From: Candidatus Eiseniibacteriota bacterium
Lineage (GTDB): Bacteria; Eisenbacteria; RBG-16-71-46; CAIMUX01; VGJL01
Direction of reading: 5' to 3'
Assembly: GCA_963792585.1 (NCBI GenBank)
Contig: CAWBWI010000001.1
Span: 608,001 to 672,000, forward strand
Length of the DNA: 64,000 bases
Position numbers and translations under genes: made by a program
Shown here: positions 1 to 15,724 of the stretch, one piece after another
Position numbering within the stretch: position 1 is the first letter of the stretch
How the letters are laid out: the number at the start of each line of letters is the position of its first letter
Notes under the pieces: generated by a model
What the model saw: the letters and a program-made list of their open reading frames with translations, nothing else
Database searches by the model: none
What the model was told of the DNA's origin: nothing

Positions 1-548
1 GGTTCTCTCGACGAGGCGGGGCGTCCGGGTTTCCTCGCGTCGCGTCTGCTCGTCGGTTCATCAGGCGATCTCTGGTTGTTCGAGCCTCGTTCCGGAGGAC
101 TCCTTCGCTTCGATCGCAGGGGGCGATTCCTCGACGCGCCGCTGGAAGCCCTCGCAGGCAATGCGCGGCCCGTCCGCATTGCCGATGCCGCGCTCACGCC
201 CGATGACGGGATCGTCATCCTCGATGCGGTCCGAGGGGGGATCCTCCCGCTCGACGCATCGGGAGCGCCGATGGCGTTCGAGTCGCTCCTCCTCCTCCCG
301 TCGAGCCTTCGTCGATCGCAGTCGACGCGAAAGGACGACGCTACGTGCTCGAGGCAGGAGGGCGACTTCGGATCCTCGATGCCGGGGGCGCCCTGCTCAC
401 GGACCGAATGGCGCCCGGTGTCGAGGGGACCGGTCAACGACGCCTGGCGATCACAGGAGATCACGTTCTGTGCGCCGCGGATCCTGCGCGGGGGAAGGTC
501 CTGCGCTGGCGCGTGGGATCGGGCGGGTCGGAGGATGGCGAACGCTAG
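1..548 (+). CDS. Partial beta-propeller (NHL/SMP-30-like repeat) protein, 5'-truncated by window, apparent frameshift near 280-300
   Basis: Frame 1 gives propeller-like blades (LLRFDRRGRFL, ADAALTPDDGIVILD). It continues in another frame as PSSIAVDAKGRRYVLEAGGRLRILD...GER* ending at 548, overlapping the next start. Confidence 0.5.
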
Positions 549-3500
549 ATTGACCCTGGGCCTCCTCGTTGCGGTCCTTTGCGGCATCGCCGCAACGCCC
601 GCGCGCGGCGGGTCCGCCATCCGGCGCAGCGTCAACGCCCGCGTGCGCGTGATATCGCTCCCCTCCGACAGTGCGCGCTTCGACCTTCCGGGCGAGTGGA
701 TCCGGGTCGGTTCGGTCCGTGCCACCTTGGACGGCGTCCCGTTGCGGGCGGGCGCCGACTACGAACTCGAGATGACGGAGGGGATCTTGCGCTTGCTGCG
801 CACGCTCCCCGCAGGGCGCCTGACCATTCGTTACGAGGTCCTCCCTCTGGCGATCGGGCGCATCTTCCAGGCGCCGATCCCTCCCGATACCGGATCGGTG
901 GCGCGCGCTCCGATCCCGCCGCGACCCCCCGGCGAGACGACGGTCGCCTCCCGCGCACACCTGGATATCCGCGGCAGCAAGACGGTGAGTCTCGAGATCG
1001 GAAACACGCAGGATCTGACCGTGCGCCAGAGCCTCGACGTTTCCCTCTCGGGGGAAATCGTCGAGGGGGTCCGGGTGCGGGGCGTTCTGTCCGATCGGCA
1101 GACGCCGTTGCAGGCGGAGGGACGTACGACCGACCTATCCGATCTAGATCGGGTCTTTCTCGAGGTCGAGGGACCGAGAGCCGGAATGACCCTCGGCGAT
1201 TTCGTCCTACGGGGTCCGGCGGGTCTCTTCACGCGCTATGAGCGCCAGCTCGAGGGAATCCGTCTCACGGGCCGCGCGGGCGAGGGGAGCGCCAGCGTGG
1301 CCGCCGCCACGATCCCTGGGGTCTTTCGATCGATCGAGTTTCTCGGGGTGGAGGGAAAGCAAGGGCCCTACAGCCTTCGCCCGCAGGAAGCGACCACGGA
1401 CGCCGCCGTCGTGGCCGGAACGGAACGCGTCTGGCTCGACGGCGAGCTGCTCGTGCGGGGCGAGGACCGCGACTATCTGATCGACTACGCGGCCTCCACC
1501 GTGACCTTCACGGGACGCCGCGTGGTGAACCAGGCATCCCGAATCACGGTCGACTGCCAGATCGGCACCCAGCCGTACCGGCGGAACGCCTACGCGGCGG
1601 AGGCCGGTTGGGGCGCGGCGGCGAAGCTCGACGGGCACGGCCTCGGCCTGCGCGCCAGCCTCCTCGCGGAGCGGGACGACCGAGGGCACCCCATCGGGGG
1701 AGCGCTCACCGAGCGGGAGAAGGAGATCCTGAGCGCGGCCGGAGACAGCCTCTCGGATTCGCTCCATGCCGGGGTCGATTGCGGGGCGATCGGGCACGGC
1801 GACTACGAACAGGTGGAGGCCGACAGCCTCGTGCAGCCGTTCTTTCGCTTCGTGGGCGACAGCTTGGGGACCTGCGCGGTCCGGTTCGACGATGTGGGGG
1901 TCGGGCGGGGCGATTACCTCGACTCCCTGACCGCCGGAGCGAAGACGATCTACCGCTTCGTGGGGCCGCGTCGCGGCCGATTCGCGCCGGGGCGCGCCGT
2001 CCCCCGACCGTCCGAGCGGTCGCTCGTCGACCTTCTCGGATTCTGGGCCGGTCCCGGCGGACTCTCGTTCGAGATGGAGGGGGCGGGTTCCTCCGACGAT
2101 CCCAACACCTACTCCGATCGGGATGACGCGGACAGGACCGGCGGTGCGCTGCGGTTGCGGTTCGCGCGGGAGACGGCGCCCGTTCGCGCGCTCGGCCGGA
2201 GTCTGGGGCGCTGGGGAGTGGAACTCGAGTCGCGGGACGTCGAGCCGCGGTTCCGCGCGATCGGGCGGGTCGACCCGGGATGGCTGGGATATGAATGGGG
2301 GGTCGCGTCCGATCGCTTCGGGAATGGAGACCGCCGCCGCAGCATCCGAGCGCGGCAGGAACCCGGCGCCGGTTTCTCGCTCGAGGAGGCGTATGAGTCG
2401 CTCTCCAACCGGCGCGACCTCGAGGGAGATCGAAAGTCGCTGCGACTGCAGAGGACGGGTCGCGTGTTCGGCAACGCCGAACTCCAGCGGGTCTCGACGA
2501 GGGATCGCGGGAGCGGGGCGACGACGCGCGGGGCGCGGCGGGTCGGCATGGCCGCCGCCGGGGTTCGGTGGATGCGCACGGAGAGCAGCTTCGGATTTCG
2601 CAGAGAGGAGAGCGAAATCGGCACGGGGAGCGCGCGCACGGGAAGTGGCTTCGATGAGTGGAGAGGATCGGGCGCATGGATCCTCGCTCGAGAGCGGGGT
2701 CGATTCGACCTCACGCGCACGGTCCGCCAGGACAAGAGGATCGACGCGTCGTCGCGAGCGAATCGTGGCCGGGCCGGAACCTGGGATGCGCACGCCGTCT
2801 ACCAGCCCGTGGGCCGCCTGCTGGACCTCCGCTACACCCGCCGGGACTTCTCGCAGGGTGGCTCGACGACGCGCTCCGACCTGGCCGGACTGCTCTGGTC
2901 GCAGGAGGAATCGAGCGGGCGTTTCAGCCAGCAATTGCGGGCGGATCTCACCACGCAGGATCAGGCTTCGCGAACGAAGTCGATCGAATACGTCGGGCCC
3001 GGATTGGGGAACTACGACAGTCTCGGCGTCTACGTCGGCTCCGGTGAGTACGACGTGGTGCTGCGCCCCTCGGGAGACCGGCGTCTCGAACGCCGGTTGG
3101 ACGGATCCTGGAGGATCGAGTTCGCTCCCGGGCGCGGAAGGGAATCGACGCCGCAGGGCCTGGCGTCCTCCGCGCTCTGGAGTTCGCAGTGGCTCCTCTA
3201 CGCGACGACGACGGCGCGAACGGCGGGCTCGGCCGGGGAATTCTGGGATGACCTTCCATCGCTTCTCGCCGCCCGCAAGGCCGGGGTTCCACTGGCCTCC
3301 TATCGACTCCGGATGGAGGCGAGCGCCCTTCCGCAGGCGCGCTGGGCGGGTCCGCAGGTTCGGGTCGAGCGCGAGCGGAGTCGTTCCAACGATTTGAGCA
3401 ACGTTCAGTCCGATCGCGAACGCGATCTCGCCCAACTGACGCTTCGATCGACTCCGACGCGGGCCTGGACGCTCGAGCAGGAGGTCCAAGGCGATCGCGA

Positions 3501-3921
3501 TGTCGAGAGAACGCGATTCACATCGGGGAGCGCGGCGGGCGCTTCCGGGTGGAGGTCCGCACGGGTCCGTTTCGGCGGCTGGTTCCGTCCCCGCGAGGGC
3601 TTGACGACCCGCCTGGGCCTGATCGGTCGGCGGCGCACGCGGGTCGAGACCGGGGGCCACTACGAAATCACGCAGATCGTGCCCGGGTTTCAGTGGGTCG
3701 GCCCGAGGCGGACACGTGTGGACCTGCAGGCGACCCGCTCGTGGGTGAGCGGTCCTCGGGGGCAACCGCTCGGCCTCGAACGGGGCGGTTGGGAGGGACG
3801 CGGAAGTCTGGCCCTGAAGCTCCACACCTACCTCGATGCCACGGCGATATGGGAGATCAAGGCTCCCGATACGGGGGCGCGGCAAACGACCGCACGCGCC
3901 GAGGTGAGGTCCGTCTTCTGA
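535..3921 (+). CDS. Large (1128 aa) secreted outer-membrane beta-barrel-like protein with two SprA-like GS/T-x-V-x-x-DG-x-x-L...DY motifs
   Basis: ATG at 535 immediately preceded by GGAGG. Signal peptide MANARLTLGLLVAVLCGIAATPARG, long amphipathic beta-strand runs, C-terminal Phe (EVRSVF). Confidence 0.7.
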   Translation: MANARLTLGLLVAVLCGIAATPARGGSAIRRSVNARVRVISLPSDSARFDLPGEWIRVGSVRATLDGVPLRAGADYELEMTEGILRLLRTLPAGRLTIRYEVLPLAIGRIFQAPIPPDTGSVARAPIPPRPPGETTVASRAHLDIRGSKTVSLEIGNTQDLTVRQSLDVSLSGEIVEGVRVRGVLSDRQTPLQAEGRTTDLSDLDRVFLEVEGPRAGMTLGDFVLRGPAGLFTRYERQLEGIRLTGRAGEGSASVAAATIPGVFRSIEFLGVEGKQGPYSLRPQEATTDAAVVAGTERVWLDGELLVRGEDRDYLIDYAASTVTFTGRRVVNQASRITVDCQIGTQPYRRNAYAAEAGWGAAAKLDGHGLGLRASLLAERDDRGHPIGGALTEREKEILSAAGDSLSDSLHAGVDCGAIGHGDYEQVEADSLVQPFFRFVGDSLGTCAVRFDDVGVGRGDYLDSLTAGAKTIYRFVGPRRGRFAPGRAVPRPSERSLVDLLGFWAGPGGLSFEMEGAGSSDDPNTYSDRDDADRTGGALRLRFARETAPVRALGRSLGRWGVELESRDVEPRFRAIGRVDPGWLGYEWGVASDRFGNGDRRRSIRARQEPGAGFSLEEAYESLSNRRDLEGDRKSLRLQRTGRVFGNAELQRVSTRDRGSGATTRGARRVGMAAAGVRWMRTESSFGFRREESEIGTGSARTGSGFDEWRGSGAWILARERGRFDLTRTVRQDKRIDASSRANRGRAGTWDAHAVYQPVGRLLDLRYTRRDFSQGGSTTRSDLAGLLWSQEESSGRFSQQLRADLTTQDQASRTKSIEYVGPGLGNYDSLGVYVGSGEYDVVLRPSGDRRLERRLDGSWRIEFAPGRGRESTPQGLASSALWSSQWLLYATTTARTAGSAGEFWDDLPSLLAARKAGVPLASYRLRMEASALPQARWAGPQVRVERERSRSNDLSNVQSDRERDLAQLTLRSTPTRAWTLEQEVQGDRDVERTRFTSGSAAGASGWRSARVRFGGWFRPREGLTTRLGLIGRRRTRVETGGHYEITQIVPGFQWVGPRRTRVDLQATRSWVSGPRGQPLGLERGGWEGRGSLALKLHTYLDATAIWEIKAPDTGARQTTARAEVRSVF

Positions 3922-5569
3922 TGCGGATCCATGGACGTATCCTACGAGTGGGTCTGGTGGCGGGAGCTCTCCTCGCGGGTGTGGCCGCGCGGGCTGCGGT
4001 CCCGATCGTGGTCCAGGGCGGCGCCGACGCGCCCCGGAAGATCGCGGAGCGGGCCGCGCGAGCGTACGGACGGGAGACGTCGCCGGAGGCGCTCGAGGAT
4101 CTGCTCGCCTCCGTCGGCGCCGCCCTCGCGAGGGCGGGATGGGGGGGCGGGACGCTCGAGGCGAGGGTCGACACCTTGCCGGAGGGGCCGCAGATCCGGT
4201 TGCGACTCGAAGGAGTCGAGCCCACGCGACTATCCGGGTGGCGCTGGGACCCGGCCGGTCGTTTCGCCGTGCCGGCGCCGGGCGCCTGGGATCCGACCCG
4301 CGAGGAGGAACGGATCGAGAGCCTCCTTGGCGACGTGCAGGAGTTGGGTCGGCCCTTCGCGTCGATCCAGATCACGGATGTCGCCGATTCGGCGCGCGGC
4401 TTGATGGTAACGGCGCGTTTGCTCGAGGGGCCGGAAGTCGTGCTCGCATCGGCCGAATACGAGGGACGCGGCGCGACCCGCGCGACCTACCTCGACCGCA
4501 TCACGGGTTTGCGACGCGGGGAGACGGTCCGGCCCGGCGAGGCGCGGGCGGCGCGCGAGCGAATCGAGCGGACCGGGCTCTTCACCGGGGTCGAAGGGCC
4601 CTGGCTCCGCGTGCTGCAGGAAGACCAGGCGAGTCTGGTCTATCGCATGACCGCCCTCGCGCAGAACCGCGCCGAAGGCGCCGTCGGATACGATGGATCC
4701 CAGAGAAACCTTTCGGGGTTCCTTCACGTCGATCTCGGGAACCTGTTCGGCACAGGGCGGCAGTTCGCCGCCTCCTGGGATCGCTACCGTCGCAACCGTT
4801 CCTCGTTGAGCCTCGGCTATCGCGAGCCGTTTCTTGGCCCTTTGCCGATCGCGGGCGAATTCGCCCTCTCGCAGCGGCTGGAGGACACGACATGGACCGC
4901 CGACCAGGCGAGGCTCGGCATCGATGGAGACTTGACCGGCGGGCTTCGCGTGCGTCTCGCGGTCGCCGGAAACCGAACCATCCAGAGAGGGCCCGTGACG
5001 GTGCGCACGCGACGTATCGATACCATTCTCGGACTCGCGATCGATCGACGCTCGGATGCGGGGACCGCCGGGTCATTGCTCGATCTCGAGGTCGCGCGGG
5101 GGACGGTCCGACGGTCCCCACGGTTGGGGTCGGGGGAGGGGACCCTGGTCCGCCTCTCAGGGCGTGGAGAGCGGAGCTTCTCGGGGCGACGCAAGGGGCA
5201 GCTCCGATTCGGGATCATCGGCGGCATGGTGGACGGGCCCGACTCGCTGCCGAGGCCGGACGCCCTGCCGGTCGGAGGGGGACAAACCTGCGCGGCTACC
5301 CGGAGGAGTTCTTTCTGGCGGAGCGTTACGCCACCGTGACCGTCGAGGCGGGGGTTCGAGTACTCCCGGAGGGAAACCGGGTCTACGTCTTCGCCGACGC
5401 GGCCCTGATCCGGCCGTGGAACGGAGGACCGGCGAAGAGGCTGAGCAGCTACGGATTCGGGGTGCGGGTCCGAAGTTCGGGCGGCTGGGTTCGGCTCGAC
5501 TACGGAGTTCCGGCGGGCGAGGGACCGCTGTCCGGGAGGATCCACTTCCGCCTCGAGACCCGCTTCTAG
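3921..5569 (+). CDS. BamA/TamA (Omp85) family outer-membrane protein; -1 frameshift in G-run at about 5277-5281
   Basis: TGA/ATG overlap with previous gene, POTRA-like segment, NLFGTG and YREP motifs. GGGTNLRGY is restored by adding one G. Ends RLDYG...RIHFRLETRF. Confidence 0.8.
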
Positions 5570-5609
5570 TACCATGGGCAGGGTCAAATCCCAGGGAAAT
5601 GCATAGGAG

Positions 5610-9441
<3,832 letters not shown>

Positions 9442-9455
9442 TTAACGTCGAGGGG

Positions 9456-10202
9456 ATGGTTTCGACCGATCCGGCTGCAGGACGCCTCCTCGTCCTGATC
9501 CCGGCATACAACGAGGAGGAGAACCTGGCCCGGGTGATCGCCGGCGTCCGGATGGCGGTTCCGCATGCGGATGTCCTCGTCGTGGACGATTGCAGCCGGG
9601 ACGAGACCGGCCGCGTGGCCCGAGAGGCGGGAGCGGCGGTCGTGCGGCACCCGATCAATCTCGGCTACGGGGCGGGGCTCCTGACGGGTTACCGGTACGC
9701 CGACCGAAAGGGATACGCACGCGTAGCCCAAATCGATGGGGACGGCCAGCATGATCCGGCATGGATCGTGCAGTTGCTGGGCCGGCTCGATGAGGGGAAC
9801 GATCTGGTCCTCGGCTCGCGGTTCGGCAGCGGGGTCCGGCGATACAAACCGCCCATCCTGCGGCGGATCGGCATGCGTTTCTTCGCCGGCGTGGCGAGTT
9901 CAGCGCTCGGCCAGACGATCACCGACCCGACCAGCGGCTATCAGGCGCTGAGCGGGAGGTTGGTCCGGTTTCATGCACGAGGCAATCACTTCCCGCAGGA
10001 CTATCCGGACGCGGACATCCTGATCCTCGTCGGCCGGGCCGGGTTTCGGGTCGCCGAGGTGCCGGTGACGATGTACGAGAAGCCGGGCGGCGCATCGATG
10101 CACAGCGGACTGCGACCGCTCTACTACGTGGTCAAGATGATCCTGTCGATCCTGCTCGTGGTGACGAGCAGACCGGGGCGCCCCGGGAAGGAAGCCCGAT
10201 GA
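9456..10202 (+). CDS. Glycosyltransferase family 2, polyprenol-phosphate glycosyltransferase (DPM/GacI-like)
   Basis: IPAYNEE, VVDDCSRD, NLGYG, IDGDGQH and DPTSGY motifs. Confidence 0.85.
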   Translation: MVSTDPAAGRLLVLIPAYNEEENLARVIAGVRMAVPHADVLVVDDCSRDETGRVAREAGAAVVRHPINLGYGAGLLTGYRYADRKGYARVAQIDGDGQHDPAWIVQLLGRLDEGNDLVLGSRFGSGVRRYKPPILRRIGMRFFAGVASSALGQTITDPTSGYQALSGRLVRFHARGNHFPQDYPDADILILVGRAGFRVAEVPVTMYEKPGGASMHSGLRPLYYVVKMILSILLVVTSRPGRPGKEAR

Positions 10203-10573
10203 CTCTGACCGCGCGGATCCTGGTGGTGGTTCTGAGCATGTTCCTGTTCATCGCCGTCCTGCGTATGGCGCGACGCCGCGTTCTCGGGATCGAGTACTCG
10301 ATCCTCTGGCTGGTTCTGACGGGACTCGGCGCGGTCGCGGGAATCGTAGGATCGCGGGCCGATGTCCTGAGCCGCGCGGTCGGGATCCAGTACCCTCCCG
10401 CCTTCTTCTTCCTGCTGTGCATCGTCGTGCTGCTGTCGATCGTGCTTCATCTGACGATGCGTCTCTCCCGACTCGCAGACGCACAACGCGCACTCGCACA
10501 GGAGATCGCGCTCCTGAGCGCGGGCGTTCCGCCGCCCCGTCCCGACGCACCCGCAACGTCGGAGCGTCGGTGA
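10199..10573 (+). CDS. DUF2304-family small membrane protein
   Basis: Three TM helices, YSILWL, GIQYPP and C-terminal LAQEIAL; ATGA-coupled to the GT2 gene. Confidence 0.8.
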   Translation: MTLTARILVVVLSMFLFIAVLRMARRRVLGIEYSILWLVLTGLGAVAGIVGSRADVLSRAVGIQYPPAFFFLLCIVVLLSIVLHLTMRLSRLADAQRALAQEIALLSAGVPPPRPDAPATSERR

Positions 10574-12636
10574 GTCTGCGCAAGAGCGTCGAGTCCGTCT
10601 TCGCTCCCAAGGGAAGCCTTTCCCGCGTCCTCGATCCTTTCGAGTGGCGCCCGCAGCAGGCCGAGATGGCGCAGGCGGTTGCCGACGCGCTCGATCGCAC
10701 CGACATGCTGCTCTGCGAGGCGCCGACCGGGGTCGGCAAGTCGCTTGCGTATTTGGTCCCCGGAGCGATCTGGGCGCGGTCCGAGGGAAAGGTCCTGATG
10801 GTCTCCTCGCACACGCGCAACCTCCAGGATCAAATCCTCCGTCGCGATCTGCCGCTGCTGCGGAGGCTCACCGATCGGAAGATCGAGGTCGCGGTCCTGA
10901 AGGGTCGAGGCAACTACCTCTGCCGCCGTCGTTGGGAGATCGCGCGAGATGACCTGACCGGGACGACGGACGGCGAGGCTTTCGTGCGCGCGCTCGAGGC
11001 CTGGGTGCAATTGACTGAATCGGGAGACTTCGATGAGGCGCCGCCCATGCCGCCGCGCCTGCGCGGGCTCCTCGCGCGCGTCAGCTCCGAGGCCCGCTTC
11101 TGCTCATCGGGGGAGTGCGTTGCCGATGGTGGGTGCTTCTTCAAGCTCTCCCGCCGGCGCGCGCGCGAGGCGCACGTCGTTCTCGTCAACCACGCGCTCC
11201 TGGTGATCGAACTCCTGCACCAGGCTGCGGGACTCCCCGATGCCGACGCACTGGTGATCGATGAGGCCCACCACCTGCCGCGGATCGCGGGCGATGCGCT
11301 CGCCAAACGGGTCTCGGCCCGCGGATTCCGGCGCGACCTGCTCGCCCTCGGCGGACAGGGGGAGCCGGGCGCGACCGATCGGATTCGTCGGCTCGTGCGC
11401 GCTTGGCCTTCTGCGGCGGAGCGGCAGCGGCTCCTGCGGCGCCTCCGGGAGATGGAAGGGGAACTCGGCGAACTGATCGCGGCGACCGATGCCTTCTTCG
11501 CCGATGTCCGGCGGGAACCGGGCTACCCGCAGCCCGGGGGACGCGTGCGCTACCGGCTGGGCGCCGGATCGGGCGGTCCGTTCCCGCCATCGACCTATCC
11601 GCTCATCGAGAACGCGGCGCGGCTCCTGGAACGCCACGGGGCGTTGATCGACGAGATCACCCCGCAGGTCGATGAGGAGGTGCGCGAGCGAATCCTCCCC
11701 GAGGCGGAGGCGGACCTCGAGGGCGCCCGGGCCGCGATCGCCAACCTGAGCGCGCTGGTGGAAGCCGATGAGGCCGGGACGGTCTACTGGATCGAGGACG
11801 ATCCGAATGACGGACCATGCTTCCACGGGCGACCGCTCGACCTGGCGGGGCCGCTCGGATCGCGTCTCGCTTCCGGACGTCCTCTCATCATGACCTCGGC
11901 GACACTGGCCGCCGATGGCACGACGGAGTTCTTCGCCCGGCAGTGTGGGCTGCCGGCCGACGCGCGCAGTCTGATTCTTCCCCCCGTGTTCGATCTCCAG
12001 CGGCAGGTGCGCGTGCTCGTCCCGCAGTCGATCCACGATCCGACCGAGGCGGGGCACACCGGCGATCTGGCGGACGGCATCCTGAAGCTCGCTGCCGGAT
12101 TGCCGCGGAAGATCCTCGTCCTCTTCACTTCCCACGAGAGCCTGCGGCGCGTGGCGGAACGAATCCGAGAACCCCTGGAGGATCGAGGGATCCACCTCTA
12201 CGCGCAGGGTCAGCAGACGCGGCAAGCGCTGACCGAGGCCTTCCTGGCCAGCCCGCGCGCGGTCCTCCTCGGCGCCGCGAGCTTCTGGGAGGGAGTCGAT
12301 TTCCCGGGGGAGGAACTCGAGGTCCTCGTGATGGTGCGCCTGCCGTTCCCGGTCCCGACCGACCCGTTTGTCGAGGCCTACGCGGAGCGGCTCCGGGAGG
12401 AGGGGTTCGACCCCTTCGAGACCTACATGCTTCCCGAGGCGATCGTCCGATTCCGGCAGGGATTCGGCCGGCTGATCCGCCGCCGGGACGACCGGGGCAT
12501 TTTCGCCGTGCTCGACCCCCGCATCCTCCGCCGCAACTATGGCGCGCGTTTTCGAGACGCCCTCGCGAGCTCGACGCAGGCGGTCGCGTCGTGGGACGAG
12601 CTGATCCGCGAGGCGGAGAGCCACTTCCGCATGTAG
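10570..12636 (+). CDS. dinG: DinG/YoaA-family ATP-dependent Fe-S DNA helicase
   Basis: Q motif RPQQ, EAPTGVGKS, KGRGNYLC plus three more Cys, DEAH, TSAT, FWEGVD, RQGFGRLIR. Confidence 0.88.
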   Translation: MSLRKSVESVFAPKGSLSRVLDPFEWRPQQAEMAQAVADALDRTDMLLCEAPTGVGKSLAYLVPGAIWARSEGKVLMVSSHTRNLQDQILRRDLPLLRRLTDRKIEVAVLKGRGNYLCRRRWEIARDDLTGTTDGEAFVRALEAWVQLTESGDFDEAPPMPPRLRGLLARVSSEARFCSSGECVADGGCFFKLSRRRAREAHVVLVNHALLVIELLHQAAGLPDADALVIDEAHHLPRIAGDALAKRVSARGFRRDLLALGGQGEPGATDRIRRLVRAWPSAAERQRLLRRLREMEGELGELIAATDAFFADVRREPGYPQPGGRVRYRLGAGSGGPFPPSTYPLIENAARLLERHGALIDEITPQVDEEVRERILPEAEADLEGARAAIANLSALVEADEAGTVYWIEDDPNDGPCFHGRPLDLAGPLGSRLASGRPLIMTSATLAADGTTEFFARQCGLPADARSLILPPVFDLQRQVRVLVPQSIHDPTEAGHTGDLADGILKLAAGLPRKILVLFTSHESLRRVAERIREPLEDRGIHLYAQGQQTRQALTEAFLASPRAVLLGAASFWEGVDFPGEELEVLVMVRLPFPVPTDPFVEAYAERLREEGFDPFETYMLPEAIVRFRQGFGRLIRRRDDRGIFAVLDPRILRRNYGARFRDALASSTQAVASWDELIREAESHFRM

Positions 12637-12751
12637 CCACCGGCGGGCGCCGGCGTGGGATCGCCCCGGGCCGGACTCCCGACTTCCTCCGGTCCCCGCA
12701 TCGGGATAGGATCATTCCGTCCGCCGGTGATGGGATCGAAGAAGGAGGTGC

Positions 12752-14446
12752 ATGATGGGCATCGGGACGGAGAAGGACGCGAAGGCGGCGGCGCAGCCGC
12801 GGGTGGTGCGCGCCCCGCGCGGGGCGCAGATCACATGCAAGGGTTGGATCCAGGAAGCCGCGATGCGGATGCTCATGAACAACCTGGATCCCGAGAACGC
12901 CGAGCGGCCGCAGGACCTGGTCGTCTACGGCGGATCGGGCAAGGCCGCGCGCAACTGGGCATGCTTCGACGCCATCGTCGCCTCGCTCCGCGATCTCGGC
13001 GACGAGGAGACCCTTCTCGTGCAGTCCGGCAAACCCGTCGGGGTCTTCCGGACCCATCGCATGGCGCCCCGCGTCCTGATCGCCAATTCGAACCTCGTCC
13101 CTGCATGGGCTACCCCCGCCTACTTCCGCGACCTCGAAGCGATGGGGCTCATCATGTACGGCCAGATGACGGCCGGGTCCTGGATCTACATCGGCACGCA
13201 GGGGATTCTCCAGGGCACTTACGAGACGTTTGCCGAGATCGCGCGGCGGAGCTTCGGCGGCAGCCTCGCCGGACGCTTCGTCCTCACGGCCGGCCTTGGG
13301 GGTATGGGTGGAGCGCAGCCGCTCTCCGTGACGATGAACGAGGGGATTGCGCTCGTCGTCGAGGTCGATCCGTCGCGCATCGAACGCAGGATCGAAACCC
13401 GCTATGTCGATCGCCGGACCGAGGATCTGGACGAGGCCCTGCGCTGGGTCGATGAGGCGGCGCGCGCGAAGAAGCCTCTTTCGATCGGGTTGCTCGGGAA
13501 CGCGTCGGAGGTGCTGCCCGAGCTGGTTCGACGCGGCGTGAAGCCGGACATCGTGACCGACCAGACGTCCGCCCACGACGAACTGAACGGATACATTCCG
13601 GGGGGAATGTCGTTCGAGGCGGCGCTCGCGCTGCGCAAGAGCGATCCGGTGGCCTACATCGAGAAGTCCTATGCCTCGATGGCGCGTCACACGGAGGCGA
13701 TGGTCGCCTTCCTCGACGCGGGCTCGATCGTCTTCGACTATGGTAACAACCTCCGCGGCCAGGCGAAGAAAGGCGGCTGCACCCGCGCCTTCGACTACCC
13801 CGGATTCGTGCCCGCTTACATCCGTCCCCTCTTCTGCGAGGGAAAGGGACCCTTCCGCTGGGTGGCCCTCTCCGGCGATCCGGAGGACATCCTGCGCACC
13901 GACCGGGCCATCATGGAGACCTTCCCGGATGATCCTTCGCTCGAACGGTGGATCCGTATGGCCGAGGAGCGGGTCGCCTTCCAGGGGCTCCCGGCACGGA
14001 TCTGCTGGCTTGGGTACGGCGAGAGGGCGAAGGCAGGACTCGCCTTCAACGACCTCGTCGCGCGCGGCGAGGTAAAGGCGCCGATCGTGATCGGGCGCGA
14101 CCACCTCGATTCGGGCAGCGTGGCGTCCCCCTATCGCGAGACCGAGGCAATGCGCGACGGAAGCGATGCGATCGCCGACTGGCCGCTCCTGAACGCGATG
14201 CTCAACACGGCGTGCGGAGCGTCGTGGGTATCGATCCATCACGGGGGCGGGGTTGGGATCGGCAACTCGATCCATGCAGGAATGGTCATCGTGGCCGATG
14301 GAACGAAGGAGGCGGCGGAACGGCTCGAGCGGGTGCTGACCGCCGACCCCGGAACGGGGGTGATGCGGCACGTCGACGCCGGTTACGACGAGGCGATCGC
14401 GGTCGCGAGGCGCACCGGCGTGAAGATCCCGATGCTGGGGGCTTGA
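12752..14446 (+). CDS. hutU: Urocanate hydratase
   Basis: [55 protein letters not shown]. Confidence 0.97.
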   Translation: MMGIGTEKDAKAAAQPRVVRAPRGAQITCKGWIQEAAMRMLMNNLDPENAERPQDLVVYGGSGKAARNWACFDAIVASLRDLGDEETLLVQSGKPVGVFRTHRMAPRVLIANSNLVPAWATPAYFRDLEAMGLIMYGQMTAGSWIYIGTQGILQGTYETFAEIARRSFGGSLAGRFVLTAGLGGMGGAQPLSVTMNEGIALVVEVDPSRIERRIETRYVDRRTEDLDEALRWVDEAARAKKPLSIGLLGNASEVLPELVRRGVKPDIVTDQTSAHDELNGYIPGGMSFEAALALRKSDPVAYIEKSYASMARHTEAMVAFLDAGSIVFDYGNNLRGQAKKGGCTRAFDYPGFVPAYIRPLFCEGKGPFRWVALSGDPEDILRTDRAIMETFPDDPSLERWIRMAEERVAFQGLPARICWLGYGERAKAGLAFNDLVARGEVKAPIVIGRDHLDSGSVASPYRETEAMRDGSDAIADWPLLNAMLNTACGASWVSIHHGGGVGIGNSIHAGMVIVADGTKEAAERLERVLTADPGTGVMRHVDAGYDEAIAVARRTGVKIPMLGA

Positions 14447-15724
14447 TGGCCGAGCGCGCCGACATTCTGCTGACGAACATCACCACCCTTCTCACCCTCG
14501 ACGAGGGGCCGGTCCCGCGACGCGGCGCGGCCGCGGCGAAGCTCGGCAAGCTCGTGGACGGGGCCGTTGCGATCCGCGACGGCACGATCGTCGCGGTCGG
14601 CGCCTCGGAGGAGGTCGAGGCGCGGTTCGAGGCTCCGGAGGGGGAGCGATGGGATCTGAGCGGATGCACCGTCTTACCCGGGATTCGTGGACGCGCACAC
14701 CCACGTGCTCTTCGCCGGGAGCCGCGAGGCGGAATTCGAGATGCGTCTGGATGGGCGCAGTTACATGGAGATCGCAGCGGCCGGGGGCGGAATCAACGCG
14801 AGCGTCCGGGCATTCCGCGAGGCGGATGACGAGCAGTTGATCGACGAGACGCGGCGGCGCCTCGATCGGATGCTCGCCCACGGAACGACCACGGTCGAGG
14901 CGAAGAGCGGCTACGGTCTCGACACCGCACAGGAACTCCGGGCACTCCGGCTGATCGACCTTCTCGATACCGCCCATCCGATCGATCTCTACGGGACCCT
15001 TCTCGGGGCTCACGACTTTCCGCCCGAATACCGAGAGCGCCGGGCGGAGTACGTTCGACTCATCGTGGAGGAGATGATTCCCCGCGCGGCGGGCGAGACG
15101 AGAGCCCGGTTCTGCGATGTCTTTTGCGAGAAAGGGGTCTTCACCGTCGAAGAGGCGCGTGCGATTCTCGTCGCGGCGCGCGCACACGGCCTGGCCCCGC
15201 GGCTGCACGCCGATGAATTCGCCCCCAGCGGGGCGAGTGAGCTTGCCGCGGAACTCGGGGCGCTCTCCGCCGACCATCTGATGGCCGCGACCGATGAGGG
15301 TCTGCGGGCCCTCGCGGCGGGGCGGACGGTGGCCGTGTTGCTGCCCGGGACCTCGTTCTCGATCGGCAAGCGCGGATACGCGCCGGCGCGGAAGATGATC
15401 GAGTTGGGGCTTCCGGTCGCCCTGGCGACCGACTGCAATCCCGGCAGTTCCATGACGACGAATATGCGTTTCATGATCGCGCTCGCCGTCCTGGAGATGA
15501 AGCTGACGGTCGCCGAGGCGATCAACGCGGTCACCGTCAACCCCGCCCATTCCCTGGGCCTCGCCGACTCGATCGGGCGTCTTGCGGCGGGCTTTCGGGC
15601 CGATCTGCAGGTTCTGCGGGGGACGACCCCCGCCGGAATCCCCTACGAACTCGGGGGCGGCTATCCCATGCGCGTCATGAAGCTTGGCCGCTGGGTCGCC
15701 GCCGAGGGAGCGACTCTCTCCTAA
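14446..15724 (+). CDS. hutI: Imidazolonepropionase; +1 frameshift near 14680
   Basis: PGFVDAHTH restored by removing one G; EAKSGYGL, DVFCE, LHADE, ATDCNPG. Confidence 0.92.

Noticed and set aside
76..534. N-terminal extension making a 1281-aa fusion ORF
   Set aside because: It is an upstream propeller gene running into frame through a frameshift; the real start is the ATG at 535 with a signal peptide.
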